Shown piece by piece: positions 27,831 through 37,747 of a stretch of 64,000 nucleotides of DNA. The notes under the pieces were generated by a model. That model had not been told where the DNA came from, did no database searches, and was given only the letters and a program-made list of their open reading frames with translations. The stretch comes from Verrucomicrobiia bacterium. GTDB lineage: Bacteria > Verrucomicrobiota > Verrucomicrobiia > Verrucomicrobiales > Akkermansiaceae. Positions within the stretch are counted from its first letter, which is position 1. The number at the start of each line of letters is the position of its first letter. Location of the stretch: contig JAUIGV010000002.1 of NCBI GenBank assembly GCA_030432565.1, positions 222,082 to 286,081 on the forward strand. Reading direction: 5' to 3'. A program made the translations under genes and the position numbers.

Positions 27831-29662
27831 CTCAAGACACCTGGAACTTTATTTTTATTGGCCTCTCGTTTGCGCTTTATATTGGAATTGCGGTTCGACA
27901 GCGGGCCGGGTCCACCAGCGAGTACTACACGGCGGGCGGGGGCGTTTCGCCCTTCGCCAATGGGATGGCCACGGCGGCCGACTGGATGAGTGCCGCGACT
28001 TTCATCTCGATGGCGGGATTAATCGCGAGCAAAGGTTTTGATGGCGCGCAGTTTTTGATGGGATGGACCGGTGGTTTTGTCCTGCTGACCGTGTTGATGG
28101 TGCCGTTTTTGCGGAAGTTTGGAAAAGCCACGGTGCCGGACTTTATTGGCGAGAGATACTATTCGAAAGGCGCACGTGGTGTGGCGGTGGTCTGTGCGAT
28201 TTTCATCTGTCTGACCTATATCATGGGGCAGATGAACGGGGTGGGAGTGGTCTTTTCGCAGCTCTTCGGAGTTTCGCTGGCCCAGGGTGTGGTGATTGGA
28301 TCTGCCGTGGTATTTTTTTACGCCGGAATGGGTGGCATGAAGGGGATTACCTATACCCAGGTTGCCCAATATACCGTGATGGCCTTTGCCTATACTATTC
28401 CGGCCGTCTTTATCGCGATCGCGATGACGAACAATGTCGTGCCTCAACTTGGTTTGATCGGAGAATACACGGCGGGTGAGGAGGCTGTGCCTTTTTTAGA
28501 GAAGTTGAATCGCATCAACACCGACCTGGGTTTTGAAGAATACACCTCCGGGAAGTTGGAGAAGATTGATCTTTTTTGTATCACGGCGGCGTTGATGTGC
28601 GGAACGGCAGGACTTCCCCATGTCATTGTGCGTTTTTTCACGGTGAAAGACGTGAAGTCAGTCAGGAAATCAGCGTGTTGGACCCTGACATTTATTGCCG
28701 TGATTTATCTGACGGCGCCTACGATTGGTGCCTTCTCGCGAGTCAATTTGATCGAAAGCCTGAACAACTCGTCCTATGAGAAGGCTCCCGAGTGGTTCAA
28801 GGACTTTGAAAAAACCGGGCAGATGGCGTGGGTGGATAAAAATGATGACGGTGTCATCCAGTTTCATGGTCCCGGGCATTCGAAAAATGGCACGGACAGC
28901 GTCTTTGTTGTCACGTCGACCGTTAAAAAGCCAATCTATCCCGAAGACTCGGCCCCCGAGGAACAGCGCGTTGGCAAATATGGCGAGCGGATTTTGGCGA
29001 ATAAAACGGATCTGAGTAATCCGAATGAGCTTTGGTTTGGCAACGATATCATGGTGATGGCGAATCCCCACATGGCAGGTTTGCCAAAGTGGGTGATTGC
29101 CTTGCTGATGGCGGGGTGTATTGCGGCAGCTCTCTCGACGGCGGCCGGATTGTTGTTGGTTCTCTCGACCTCGATCTCACACGATTTGATGAAGAAAATC
29201 GTGAAGCCGGACATGACAGATCAAGAAGAAGTTAAGTATGCCAGAGCAGCATCCTTCGTCGCTCTGACGGTTGCGGCTTACTTTGGAATTAACCCACCTT
29301 CGACTTTCATTGCCAAAACGGTGGCTTTCGCATTTGGGTTGGCAGCTTCATCGTTCTTCCCGACCCTGCTAATGGGCATTTTTTCCCGTAAAATGAACAA
29401 AGAAGGGGCGATTGCCGGAATGGTTGCTGGAATCGGTTTCACCCTGAGTTACATCATCTACTTCCAGTTCCTGGGGGGAACAAAGGCCCAGTATCTGTTC
29501 GGGATTTCACCGGAAGGAATAGGCTTCCTTGGAATGATCATCAACTTCCTGGTGGCCTTTACCGTCGCGAAATTCACTCCAGCCCCGCCAAAAGAGGTAA
29601 CCGACTTGATTGATAACGTCCGATACCCCGGAGGGAAAGAGACTGCGGCGCAGGACCACTAG
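27827..29662 (+). CDS. Sodium:solute symporter family transporter (large subunit; ActP/VC_2705-like)
   Basis: 611 aa and highly hydrophobic (about 13 TM segments). The N-terminus reads [34 protein letters not shown]. Confidence 0.88.
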   Translation: MTQDTWNFIFIGLSFALYIGIAVRQRAGSTSEYYTAGGGVSPFANGMATAADWMSAATFISMAGLIASKGFDGAQFLMGWTGGFVLLTVLMVPFLRKFGKATVPDFIGERYYSKGARGVAVVCAIFICLTYIMGQMNGVGVVFSQLFGVSLAQGVVIGSAVVFFYAGMGGMKGITYTQVAQYTVMAFAYTIPAVFIAIAMTNNVVPQLGLIGEYTAGEEAVPFLEKLNRINTDLGFEEYTSGKLEKIDLFCITAALMCGTAGLPHVIVRFFTVKDVKSVRKSACWTLTFIAVIYLTAPTIGAFSRVNLIESLNNSSYEKAPEWFKDFEKTGQMAWVDKNDDGVIQFHGPGHSKNGTDSVFVVTSTVKKPIYPEDSAPEEQRVGKYGERILANKTDLSNPNELWFGNDIMVMANPHMAGLPKWVIALLMAGCIAAALSTAAGLLLVLSTSISHDLMKKIVKPDMTDQEEVKYARAASFVALTVAAYFGINPPSTFIAKTVAFAFGLAASSFFPTLLMGIFSRKMNKEGAIAGMVAGIGFTLSYIIYFQFLGGTKAQYLFGISPEGIGFLGMIINFLVAFTVAKFTPAPPKEVTDLIDNVRYPGGKETAAQDH

Positions 29663-29669
29663 TTGGGAC

Positions 29670-29701
29670 GGCCCGCTTTCGAGAGCCTCGGGAAAGCGGC
29701 C
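29670..29701. terminator. Long bulged hairpin between convergent symporter and topoisomerase genes
   Basis: ggcccgctttcgag-agc-ctcgggaaagcggcc forms a stem of about 14 bp with one bulge. There is no clear U-tract on either strand. Confidence 0.35.
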
Positions 29702-29717
29702 AGGATGGCCGATCTTT

Positions 29718-32261
29718 CTAGTCTTTCTTCTTTGCGGCTTTCTTGGCTGCTTTCCGCGGGGCGAACTCGAAACCGATTTTGGCGGTGTCGGGGTCGAGGG
29801 TGAGGTGGGCGGCGAAGGCGCGCTTGGTCTTCTTGGAGATGAAGCCGGGGAGGAGGTCGGTTTTGCCAGCGGTGAGCATTTTCTCGACGTCGCTGGCTGT
29901 CAGTTCCTTCTGGAGGATGGTTTTGCCGAGGCGGAAGCCGTCGGGGTTGTCCTTGGTCACCATGGCGGGGACCATGAAGGCCTTCTCGGTCTCGTAGAGT
30001 TTGGCTTGCTTGCCATTGGTCAGAGTAACTTCCTTGACCAGTTGGTCGTCTGTGAGGTCCTCGACCGATTCGAGGTCTGAGTCGAAGACGAAACCGGTCT
30101 TCCATTTTCCTTTTTTGCCGGTCTTGGAAACTTGCTGGGTGAGCTCGAGGGCGGCCTCAAAAGGACGGTTGAAGCGGGAGACGAAGCCGTCACGTTGTTC
30201 GAGGAATTTCGTGGTGAAGAGAGTGGTCGCTTCTTCCTCGGTGAGGAGTCGTCCGGCGATGTATTTGGAGATGCGGAATCCGCAATCGGGCTCACGACAT
30301 TCGTAGGTGGCATCAGTTTGCTTGAGCTCGGGGGCGTTGCAGTTCGGGCAGGGACACTTGAGATCGGGAAATGGCTTGGAGATGACCTGCTCGTAGTGGC
30401 CACGTGCTTTTTGAACGACGCTCTCGGTGAACTTTTTGATCTCGTTCATGAAGGTGTCACGAGCGAGTTCTCCTTTCTCCATTTGGTGAAGTTTGGCCTC
30501 CCAGTCGCCGGTCATTTCGGGGCTGGTGAGCGGTTTGACGTCCATTTCCTGGAGGAGGTCAATGAGGCGGACTCCTTTGCCGGTGGCGATAAGTTCGCGG
30601 CCGTCACGGGTGATGTATTTTTGGCGAATGAGCCCTTCAATGGTGGCGGCGCGGGTGGCGGGGGTGCCAAGTCCACGCTCGGACATCGCTTCGCGGAGGG
30701 CATCGTCATCGACAAGTTTTCCGGCTCCTTCCATGGCGGAGAGGAGGGTGGATTCAGTGTAGCGGGCAGGAGGGTTGGTCTCCTTTTCGATCATCTCGAT
30801 GTGGACGGCCTTGGCGTCTTCGCCGTCTTGCACAACGCAGAGCTCGTCTTTGCCAGCTCCGACACCGGGCTTGCGCCCGTAGACGGAGAGCCAGCCGGGG
30901 ACGACCAGGATCTTGCCGTCGGTGCGGAAGGTGTCCTTCTCAGCCCCGTGATCAATGGTGGTGAGTCGCTTGGTGACCTCGAACTCGGCGTGAGGGAAGA
31001 AGACGGCTAGGAAGCGCTTCACGATCATGTCGTAAAGTTTGGCGGCGGGCTCATCGAGTTTGACAACGCGACCGGTGGGGATGATCGCGAAGTGATCGGA
31101 GACCTTGGCGTTGTTAAAAATGCGCTTTTGGAATTGCAGGCGGTCGTTCTTGAGCGCGTCCTTGGCCCAGTCGGCGAGGCCGGAACTCGACTGTGAAAGG
31201 TCTGTGACGATTTGCTTCACGTTCGCCATGTAGTCCTCGGGGAGGTAGCGGGAATCGGTTCGGGGATAGGTGATCATCTTGTGACGCTCATAAAGCGTCT
31301 GGGCGAGACCGAGGGTGTTCTTGGCGGTAAAAGGAGCTTCCCGCTGGAGGGTGGTGAGGTCGTAAAGCTGGGGGGCAATTTGTTTGGTGGGTTTTTTCTC
31401 CTCGGAGACGATGCCGGTTTTCCCCTGACAGCGATCGGCGATGAGCTTGGCCCTTTCCTTGTCCCAAATTCGCTCGGCACGTCCGTGGGGATTGGTTTCG
31501 TCCTTTTTAAAGTCGAGATCGACCCATTTGCCTTCGTATTCTCCGGCGGCGACGCCAAAGGTTCCGTGGACCTCGGCGTAAGGGGTCGCGGTGAAGGCTG
31601 CAATCTCCTTTTCGCGCTTGGCGAGGATGGCGAGGGTGGGAGTCTGGACACGACCGGCGGCGGTGATATTGAAGCCACCGTGGCGGGAGCGGAAGCAGGT
31701 AAGGGCACGGGTCGAGTTGAGACCGACGAGCCAGTCGGACTCCGAGCGGCACTTGGCGGCGTCGGAGAGATTGGACATTTCCTCGCCTTTGCGGAGGTTT
31801 TCCCAGGCTTCTTGAATGGCTCCGGTAGTCATCGATTGCATCCAGAGGCGTTTCACGGGCTTGTTAATTTTCCCGTAGTCCATGATGTATTGAAAGATGA
31901 GCTCACCTTCGCGGCCGGCATCGCAAGCGTTCACGATCTCGGTGACGTCCTTCTTGCGGGCGAGTGAGAGGACGTGCTTCAGGCGGCCTTCGGATTGCTC
32001 GATGGGCTGGAGCGCGAAGTCGGATGGGATGGCGGGGAGGACATCGAACTTCCAGGGAAGGTTCTTGCCGTTGGGGCCGGTGGGCATTTTGAGCTCGATG
32101 AGGTGGCCGACCGCCGAGGTGATCATGGCCTTATCGTTCTCGAAATACTGGGCATCGCGGGACTTTCCCTTCTTGGTGAATTTGCCAAGAGTTTTGGCGA
32201 GGGCTTTGGAGAGATCTGTCGCAACAGAGGGCTTCTCGGCGATGATGAGAGTTTTGGACAC
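29718..32261 (-). CDS. topB: DNA topoisomerase III (type IA) with a C-terminal zinc ribbon and basic tail
   Basis: 847 aa. [24 protein letters not shown] and [16 protein letters not shown] are the TopB-type Toprim and domain-2 motifs, not the TopA VESPAKA pattern. A CPCPNCN...CREPDCGF zinc ribbon is present, and the protein ends [11 protein letters not shown]. Confidence 0.88.
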   Translation of the reverse strand: MSKTLIIAEKPSVATDLSKALAKTLGKFTKKGKSRDAQYFENDKAMITSAVGHLIELKMPTGPNGKNLPWKFDVLPAIPSDFALQPIEQSEGRLKHVLSLARKKDVTEIVNACDAGREGELIFQYIMDYGKINKPVKRLWMQSMTTGAIQEAWENLRKGEEMSNLSDAAKCRSESDWLVGLNSTRALTCFRSRHGGFNITAAGRVQTPTLAILAKREKEIAAFTATPYAEVHGTFGVAAGEYEGKWVDLDFKKDETNPHGRAERIWDKERAKLIADRCQGKTGIVSEEKKPTKQIAPQLYDLTTLQREAPFTAKNTLGLAQTLYERHKMITYPRTDSRYLPEDYMANVKQIVTDLSQSSSGLADWAKDALKNDRLQFQKRIFNNAKVSDHFAIIPTGRVVKLDEPAAKLYDMIVKRFLAVFFPHAEFEVTKRLTTIDHGAEKDTFRTDGKILVVPGWLSVYGRKPGVGAGKDELCVVQDGEDAKAVHIEMIEKETNPPARYTESTLLSAMEGAGKLVDDDALREAMSERGLGTPATRAATIEGLIRQKYITRDGRELIATGKGVRLIDLLQEMDVKPLTSPEMTGDWEAKLHQMEKGELARDTFMNEIKKFTESVVQKARGHYEQVISKPFPDLKCPCPNCNAPELKQTDATYECREPDCGFRISKYIAGRLLTEEEATTLFTTKFLEQRDGFVSRFNRPFEAALELTQQVSKTGKKGKWKTGFVFDSDLESVEDLTDDQLVKEVTLTNGKQAKLYETEKAFMVPAMVTKDNPDGFRLGKTILQKELTASDVEKMLTAGKTDLLPGFISKKTKRAFAAHLTLDPDTAKIGFEFAPRKAAKKAAKKKD

Positions 32262-32375
32262 GAGGCGGACTTAGGCGGTGAAGGGGGGGGATGGGAAGAA
32301 ATTTCTTTTGAAGCGGGATGTTTCCGAAGGAAGAATCTCTCTGTGATTGGTGTTCGGGAAGCTGGGATTATTTTG

Positions 32376-32849
32376 ATGGTAGCAGATTTGCTTCCTCTTT
32401 CATTGGAGCGCCTGGTGGCCTGGAGCGATGACCGGATCAGGGGTTCAGAGAATCCCGATTATTGGCTCATCGAGATATCGATGGCGCTTGTTTTGGAGGA
32501 TGCCTTGGGGAGCTTGAGAGGGATTGCTTCCGGGAAGACGGAATCGACGGAGCATCGAATCGCCATCGTGATTGAAGGTTGGCGGAGTGGTTTGGTGCCA
32601 TTGGACGAATCGCTTTGGAAGCTTTGGCGGGTCTGGCAGGGGCCACGCTATGAATACAAGACGGAAGGGTTTTCAGAAGAATTCAAAGGCCTTTTGATAG
32701 CTTGGGACCAGACCGATGACCGTATTCCGGAGGAAATTCAGCAGGAGACGGTATCATCGTTTGAGAAATTTCATGAGGATCACCGGGAAGTCTGTGAGGA
32801 AGTGAGGCCCTTCGTTTCGATGGCTCAGGCAGGCTCCCATGTCCTTTAA
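32376..32849 (+). CDS. Hypothetical acidic, Trp-rich protein (start uncertain)
   Basis: This is the only long open frame in the 609-bp gap between dprA and topB. It is the 3' part of track ORF 31974..32849, whose 5' part is antisense to topB. No motif recognised. Confidence 0.45.
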   Translation: MVADLLPLSLERLVAWSDDRIRGSENPDYWLIEISMALVLEDALGSLRGIASGKTESTEHRIAIVIEGWRSGLVPLDESLWKLWRVWQGPRYEYKTEGFSEEFKGLLIAWDQTDDRIPEEIQQETVSSFEKFHEDHREVCEEVRPFVSMAQAGSHVL

Positions 32850-32870
32850 AATGAGGCTTTTGCCTCGATT

Positions 32871-33974
32871 TTACCGTTTGCGGGTGAAGCGCTGGCCGGG
32901 GAGAGTTTGCACGAGCTTGCGAAGTTCCATCTTCATCAGGATGACCGAAACCTGGTGGGCGGGGAGGCTGGTTTTTTCGATGACTTCGTCGACTGATTGG
33001 TCGCTGCCGCTGAGGGCCTTCAAGACGGCGTTTTCCTCGGGGCTGAGGTCGACGAAGTTTTCGATGGGCCTTGGTTCTTCGTCGCTGGGTGTTGAGAAAT
33101 TGAGGTGCGAGAAGTCCTCGAGAATCTGTGATCCATCGGTGACGAGGGTGGCCCCTTCACGGATCAAATCATGGCAGCCGCCGGAGGTGGGGCGGTCGAT
33201 GGGGCCCGGGACGGCGTAGATTTGGCGACCTGCTTCGAGTGCGAAATTCGCGGTGATAAGCGAACCGGAGCGGCTGGGGCATTCCACGACAAGAAGGGCG
33301 CGGGACCAGTGGGCGACGATGCGGTTTCGTTGCGGAAAGGTTTTCCTGTCGGGCGAGGTTTGGAGCGGGAATTCCGAGATAATGGCGCCGTGGCCATCCG
33401 CGATTTTTTCGGCGAGAGCCAGGTTCTCCGGCGGGTAGACTTGCATCAGGCCGGAGCCGAGAACTCCAATGGTGCGACCTTTGGCGGCGAGGGCTCCTTC
33501 GTGTGCGGCGGTATCGATGCCACGGGCGAGACCCGAGATGACGGTGAGTCCGGCACCGGCGAGTTGGAAGGCGAATTTGCGGGCCGCTTCACGACCGTAA
33601 TGAGTGAGTTTGCGAGAGCCGACGATGCCAACGGAATGGAGGTCCTTTTCCTGAAGGTCGCCCCAAACGTAGAGAACCACGGGAGCATCGAAGGCATCCC
33701 GCAGGGCGGCGGGATAGTCTTCGTCCTCCTGGGTGAGGATCTGGATGTTGCGCTCTCTGGCGAGTGCGACTTCGGCGGCGGGATCGGTGTGGTCCTGCCA
33801 TTCGTTGATGAGCTTGGCGGCTTCGGGGCCGATTCCCTGGACTCTTTGCAAGGAAGAACTGCTCTGTTTGAGAACGCTTTCGGCGGTGCCAAAGCTTTCG
33901 AGAAGGCGACGGATTTTGACCGGGCCGGTGACAGGGAGTTGATTGAGGGCAATAAGCGCTTCTACTTCAGTCAT
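32871..33974 (-). CDS. dprA: DNA-processing protein DprA (Smf)
   Basis: 367 aa. SAM-like N-terminus, Rossmann core (GIVGSRKLTHYG...ISGLARGIDTAAHEGAL...GVLGSGLMQVYPPEN), and a C-terminal winged helix. Confidence 0.92.
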   Translation of the reverse strand: MTEVEALIALNQLPVTGPVKIRRLLESFGTAESVLKQSSSSLQRVQGIGPEAAKLINEWQDHTDPAAEVALARERNIQILTQEDEDYPAALRDAFDAPVVLYVWGDLQEKDLHSVGIVGSRKLTHYGREAARKFAFQLAGAGLTVISGLARGIDTAAHEGALAAKGRTIGVLGSGLMQVYPPENLALAEKIADGHGAIISEFPLQTSPDRKTFPQRNRIVAHWSRALLVVECPSRSGSLITANFALEAGRQIYAVPGPIDRPTSGGCHDLIREGATLVTDGSQILEDFSHLNFSTPSDEEPRPIENFVDLSPEENAVLKALSGSDQSVDEVIEKTSLPAHQVSVILMKMELRKLVQTLPGQRFTRKR

Positions 33975-35340
33975 TGGGGGTTTTCCATTGTGCGAGTTGT
34001 TCCGGAAAAGAACAATCGGCGCAATCGCTGAGATCTTCGAGGCAAAAATCCTGATAAACCTGAAGAAGGGCTTGATGTTGCCACGCGAATTTTAAATGTG
34101 GCTTTGCGGCTGCAATAGAACCGAAGAGTCGTTCGCAGCAGCGTTTCACTTTTTGATTGGGGACGCCCGCCCGAACTTTTTCGAACTCTTCCCAGTGATC
34201 GGGGTGGAGCGGGTAGAGGGTATTGATGAGGAATTCCTCGAGGCGGGATTTGCCGATGAGCTTGATAGACCGCTCGGTGTGGGTTGAGAGCAGGGTGTGG
34301 TGATGGTCCCAAAATGGCTCGCTCAATTCGGTGAGAGCTTTCCCGAGGCTCTTAAAAGGCGGGGATTGTTGCGCGAGCTTCGAGAGAGCGGGCCACTGCA
34401 GGGCGGCAGTGGCGAGAGCGGCCAGGCGGCGCTGGGGGTGGTTGCCGGGGCGGGTGGCCCTGGTGGACCAGGCGGGGGTGCGGTTTTCCGGGAATTCGTA
34501 ATCGAGGCGGTGCTTCCACCAACGGGTCCAGAGATCCTCGAGCCATTCGCGGGAGTCGCGGGGAGCGGCCTCGTGGAGGGTGGGTGAGAGAAAGCCTGCA
34601 GTGCCGAAGATGATGGCTTCGCGATCTTCGGGCGTGTGCTTGAGAAGTTTTTTGATGGGAAGGCGTTGGGCCAGAAGACGCATCGGGAGACGATTGGCGG
34701 AAAAGCCGAGGGCATCGGCAAGGGCTTCCCAGAGAGCCTGGGAAAAGCCGTGTAGTTGGGCGGTTTGTTCGAAGCGGGTGGCTTTGAGTTGAGCCCGATG
34801 TTTGGCGGACTCGCGCAGGAGGGAGGCCGCGTCGCCAGCAGGCATTTGAGCCAGTGGTTGGAGGCAGCGACCGGGCCGGGCGAGGGCTTGGGAGAGGCGG
34901 GGACGGCCCAGGGCGGAATTGACCTCGCCGGGTGAGAGAATAATGCGGGGGACGTCGCGATGGTCCGATGTGCGGGTGAAAAAGGTCGGACCTGAATCGT
35001 GAAGAACGATGTGGAGGATGACCTTGTTGAAGTGCGGAGATTCGTTGTGTCCGTGGAGTTCCCAATTTCGCGAATCGAGATCGAGTTCGATGGGTCCGTG
35101 GCGGGTTTCGCCATCGATCTCTACCGTCGCGTTGATGAAGTCCGGGCCGGCGCCGCGATTCCACTCGCCGGGCGAAATGATGGAAATTTTTTGGCCGTGA
35201 TTGGATTGATGGTCGCGTGAAAAATATCCGGCGAACCAGCGCGACTGGACCTCGATTTCATCGAAGCCCGGGGGCGCATTATTCTCTGCAAGCAAGTTGG
35301 CTTCGGTCGCTGTGACCTCAAGCAGGCGCTGATATGTCAT
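33967..35340 (-). CDS. DUF2851 family protein
   Basis: 457 aa. ISIISPGEWNRGAGPDFINATVEIDGETRHGPIELDLDSRNWELHGHNESPHFNKVILHIVLHD matches my recollection of the DUF2851 core. Its stop overlaps the dprA start by 8 nt (ATGACTGA). Confidence 0.75.
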   Translation of the reverse strand: MTYQRLLEVTATEANLLAENNAPPGFDEIEVQSRWFAGYFSRDHQSNHGQKISIISPGEWNRGAGPDFINATVEIDGETRHGPIELDLDSRNWELHGHNESPHFNKVILHIVLHDSGPTFFTRTSDHRDVPRIILSPGEVNSALGRPRLSQALARPGRCLQPLAQMPAGDAASLLRESAKHRAQLKATRFEQTAQLHGFSQALWEALADALGFSANRLPMRLLAQRLPIKKLLKHTPEDREAIIFGTAGFLSPTLHEAAPRDSREWLEDLWTRWWKHRLDYEFPENRTPAWSTRATRPGNHPQRRLAALATAALQWPALSKLAQQSPPFKSLGKALTELSEPFWDHHHTLLSTHTERSIKLIGKSRLEEFLINTLYPLHPDHWEEFEKVRAGVPNQKVKRCCERLFGSIAAAKPHLKFAWQHQALLQVYQDFCLEDLSDCADCSFPEQLAQWKTPND

Positions 35341-35342
35341 GC

Positions 35343-36896
35343 TTACTTTTTTGGCTTGGTGGGCGGAGGAGCGGGCGGATCGAGGATGGTGAGCAATCCA
35401 TCGATGGCTTTCACTTCGGGGATGTCTTTGTAAGCTGTTTTCGCTTGTTTTAAGATGGCGATGGCGGCCGGGATTTTCTTGCGTCGGCGCTCGAGTTCGA
35501 CGAGGTGAAGATCCTGGCGAAGCTTGTCGGCGGGATCGGAGAAGAGTTCCTTTGCTCGTTTGAAGCCCATTGCGGCCTGTTCGCTGTTTCCTCCTTCGAG
35601 GGTATGGAACGCGATCATTTCATAGATGGTGCCACTCTTGGTTTTTTCGGCGGCCTTGATTAATTCAGCGAGGCGAACCTTGGGGTCGGGGAACTTGGTC
35701 TGTGCGTAGCGAATGAGCTTATAGTCGCGATCTTTCACCATGGCGTCGGTGCGCACGGTTGTGGTTTTGAATGGGCGGTAAAGCGGGTCGCCAACGACGA
35801 TGTTTTGCCAGGAAACAACGTTGACCGACATGTAGGCGGCTTCCACCAGCGAGTAACCTTTGAGGAGACGATCGTAGAAAATATCAAAACGGTGGGTCAG
35901 TCCGAGGTAGGGTTCCCAGACGTTGCCAAGAGTCGCGGCGGCACCACGGTCGATCAGTCCGACGCTCCAGTTTTTGGCCGGATTCAAGAGTTGGGCGCCG
36001 CTAAACGAGTGGAGGTGGACCGCGATGGCTCCTTTTTGAAACTTCATCTTTTCGTTAAGAAAGGGGCCGTTGCGATGCTGGGTGTACCACCCGAAATAGA
36101 CGGCAGCATCGCGCATGGGATAGTTCGTGACAAAGGTGTTTTTCATCCGATCCACGATTGTCGGAGTGGCGGAGTTGATGGAGGCTTTGGCAATATTTTC
36201 GATCCAGTCATCACCGAGTTTATAGTTGGCACCGCGGGTCCAGAGATCGAGGTAGGTCATGCCCCAGAGACCTTCTTTTTCGACATCGAGGGCATCGAGA
36301 ATCATGCGTTTGCAGTGATCATAGGTATTGGCGTCGACCCGACCGACCATCACCATGAATTGAGCGGGGTTGGTGGCAGCGGAGATCTCTTTGTTGAAAC
36401 AAGGATTGGGAATGGCCCCGCCAATGGGGTGACCGATTGCGCCCATGATGCTGAGCTCCGAGTCGATGGAGGCCTCATTTTGTTTCTTAAATTGGCGGGT
36501 CGCGGATTCCTCGTTTTTTGGGATCGGTCCACGACTGATTCTAAGTGGCATTCCTTTCATCAGAGCAATGCAGCGGATCCTTGTTTGGAGCGGGACGGAG
36601 TTGCCGTTCTGGTCTTTGCCGAGTTTCCACCATTGGTTCTCGGTAAATTTTTTGACCAAGGGTTGGCGAATGGTGGTTTCGTAAGTCTTGCGATCAATGC
36701 TCGCCTTTTCGGTGACTTCGAGACCAATCATGTTGGTCGCGGGGATGCGGCGATTGAGCGCGTAAAACTCGGCGAGTTCTTTAGATTCCGGAATGCTGGA
36801 ATTGTAGACGACAACGACCTGGCCCGGGAGGAGCGGAACCGGATTTGAGAAAGCAGGAAGGCAGAGGAGGAGAAAAAAGAGGTGGCGCAAGGTCAT
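35343..36896 (-). CDS. TIGR03790-like secreted protein with C-terminal TPR-like helices
   Basis: 517 aa with a signal peptide. VVVVYNSSIPESKELAEFYALNRRIP is a typical opening for this uncharacterised family (from memory). There is a 2-nt gap to the DUF2851 gene. Confidence 0.6.
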   Translation of the reverse strand: MTLRHLFFLLLCLPAFSNPVPLLPGQVVVVYNSSIPESKELAEFYALNRRIPATNMIGLEVTEKASIDRKTYETTIRQPLVKKFTENQWWKLGKDQNGNSVPLQTRIRCIALMKGMPLRISRGPIPKNEESATRQFKKQNEASIDSELSIMGAIGHPIGGAIPNPCFNKEISAATNPAQFMVMVGRVDANTYDHCKRMILDALDVEKEGLWGMTYLDLWTRGANYKLGDDWIENIAKASINSATPTIVDRMKNTFVTNYPMRDAAVYFGWYTQHRNGPFLNEKMKFQKGAIAVHLHSFSGAQLLNPAKNWSVGLIDRGAAATLGNVWEPYLGLTHRFDIFYDRLLKGYSLVEAAYMSVNVVSWQNIVVGDPLYRPFKTTTVRTDAMVKDRDYKLIRYAQTKFPDPKVRLAELIKAAEKTKSGTIYEMIAFHTLEGGNSEQAAMGFKRAKELFSDPADKLRQDLHLVELERRRKKIPAAIAILKQAKTAYKDIPEVKAIDGLLTILDPPAPPPTKPKK

Positions 36897-36900
36897 GGTT

Positions 36901-37695
36901 TTAAAATGTAAGGTTCAATCCGTCGTAGGCCAGGGAAACCCGGGGGGGCAGAGCCCGATTGGTTTCCTCCCAGGCTAATTCGTGGGAGAGATGAGTGAGG
37001 TAGGATTGGCGGGGTTTCAGTAATTCAATGGCAGACAAGGCTTCAGCGACGGTCATGTGAGTGTGATGTTCTTCGTGCCGGAGAGCATCAATGACGAGGG
37101 TGTCGAGACCGTGGAGGAGGGAAAGCGACTTTTCCGGGATCACTTTGACATCCGGCAGATAGGCGAGTGATCCGATGGAAGGGTGGTCAAAGCGGAAGCC
37201 TTGGGTGCGAACCCAGCCGTGTTCAACCTCAATCGGCGTGATTTTGAGCCCGTTGAAGTCGAATGGATCTTCGATTTCGTGCGGTTCCGGACGGACATAG
37301 CCGGGTTGGTGATCGGCGACTGAGAAGGCCCAGGGATACATGCGGGCAAGGCCGGCCAGGGTTTCGGGTGAGCCGTAGAGTGGGAGGGGGGCGTCCCGCC
37401 GCCAGCAAAAGGCACGGAGTTCGTCGAAGCCCGCGACGTGGTCGAGATGCTCGTGAGTGTAAAGGACCGCATCAACTGCAGTAAGCTGTTCCCGCAGGGC
37501 CTGTTGTCGAAGATCGGGACCGCTGTCAACAAGGAGACGGCCCCACGGTCCTTCAAAAAAAACCGAGCTGCGGGAGCGATCATCGTGAGGGTGGTCGGAG
37601 CGGCAAACGTCGCAGGAGCAACCGATGACGGGGACTCCCACCGAGGTGGAAGTGCCGAGAAAGAGGAAGCGGGAGGTTGATCCGTTGCGAGTCAT
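36901..37695 (-). CDS. MBL-fold metallo-hydrolase (PhnP-like)
   Basis: The track ORF reaches 37902; I prefer the ATG at 37695 (MTRNGSTSRFLFLGTSTSVGVPVIGCSCDVC). The ATG at 37722 is an alternative start. The motif YTHEHLDHVAGFDEL (HxHxDH) is present. Confidence 0.8.
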   Translation of the reverse strand: MTRNGSTSRFLFLGTSTSVGVPVIGCSCDVCRSDHPHDDRSRSSVFFEGPWGRLLVDSGPDLRQQALREQLTAVDAVLYTHEHLDHVAGFDELRAFCWRRDAPLPLYGSPETLAGLARMYPWAFSVADHQPGYVRPEPHEIEDPFDFNGLKITPIEVEHGWVRTQGFRFDHPSIGSLAYLPDVKVIPEKSLSLLHGLDTLVIDALRHEEHHTHMTVAEALSAIELLKPRQSYLTHLSHELAWEETNRALPPRVSLAYDGLNLTF

Positions 37696-37747
37696 CGTTG
37701 CGTTGTTGGAGGAGAGTTGCATAATCCCCCTGTCACCGCAAAAACGA

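Noticed and set aside
29718-32261. Calling the type IA topoisomerase 'TopA' because dprA-topA synteny is widespread.
   Set aside because: The N-terminal motifs ([29 protein letters not shown]) are topoisomerase III-type rather than the TopA VESPAKA / DPDREGE pattern. The synteny is noted but does not override the sequence.
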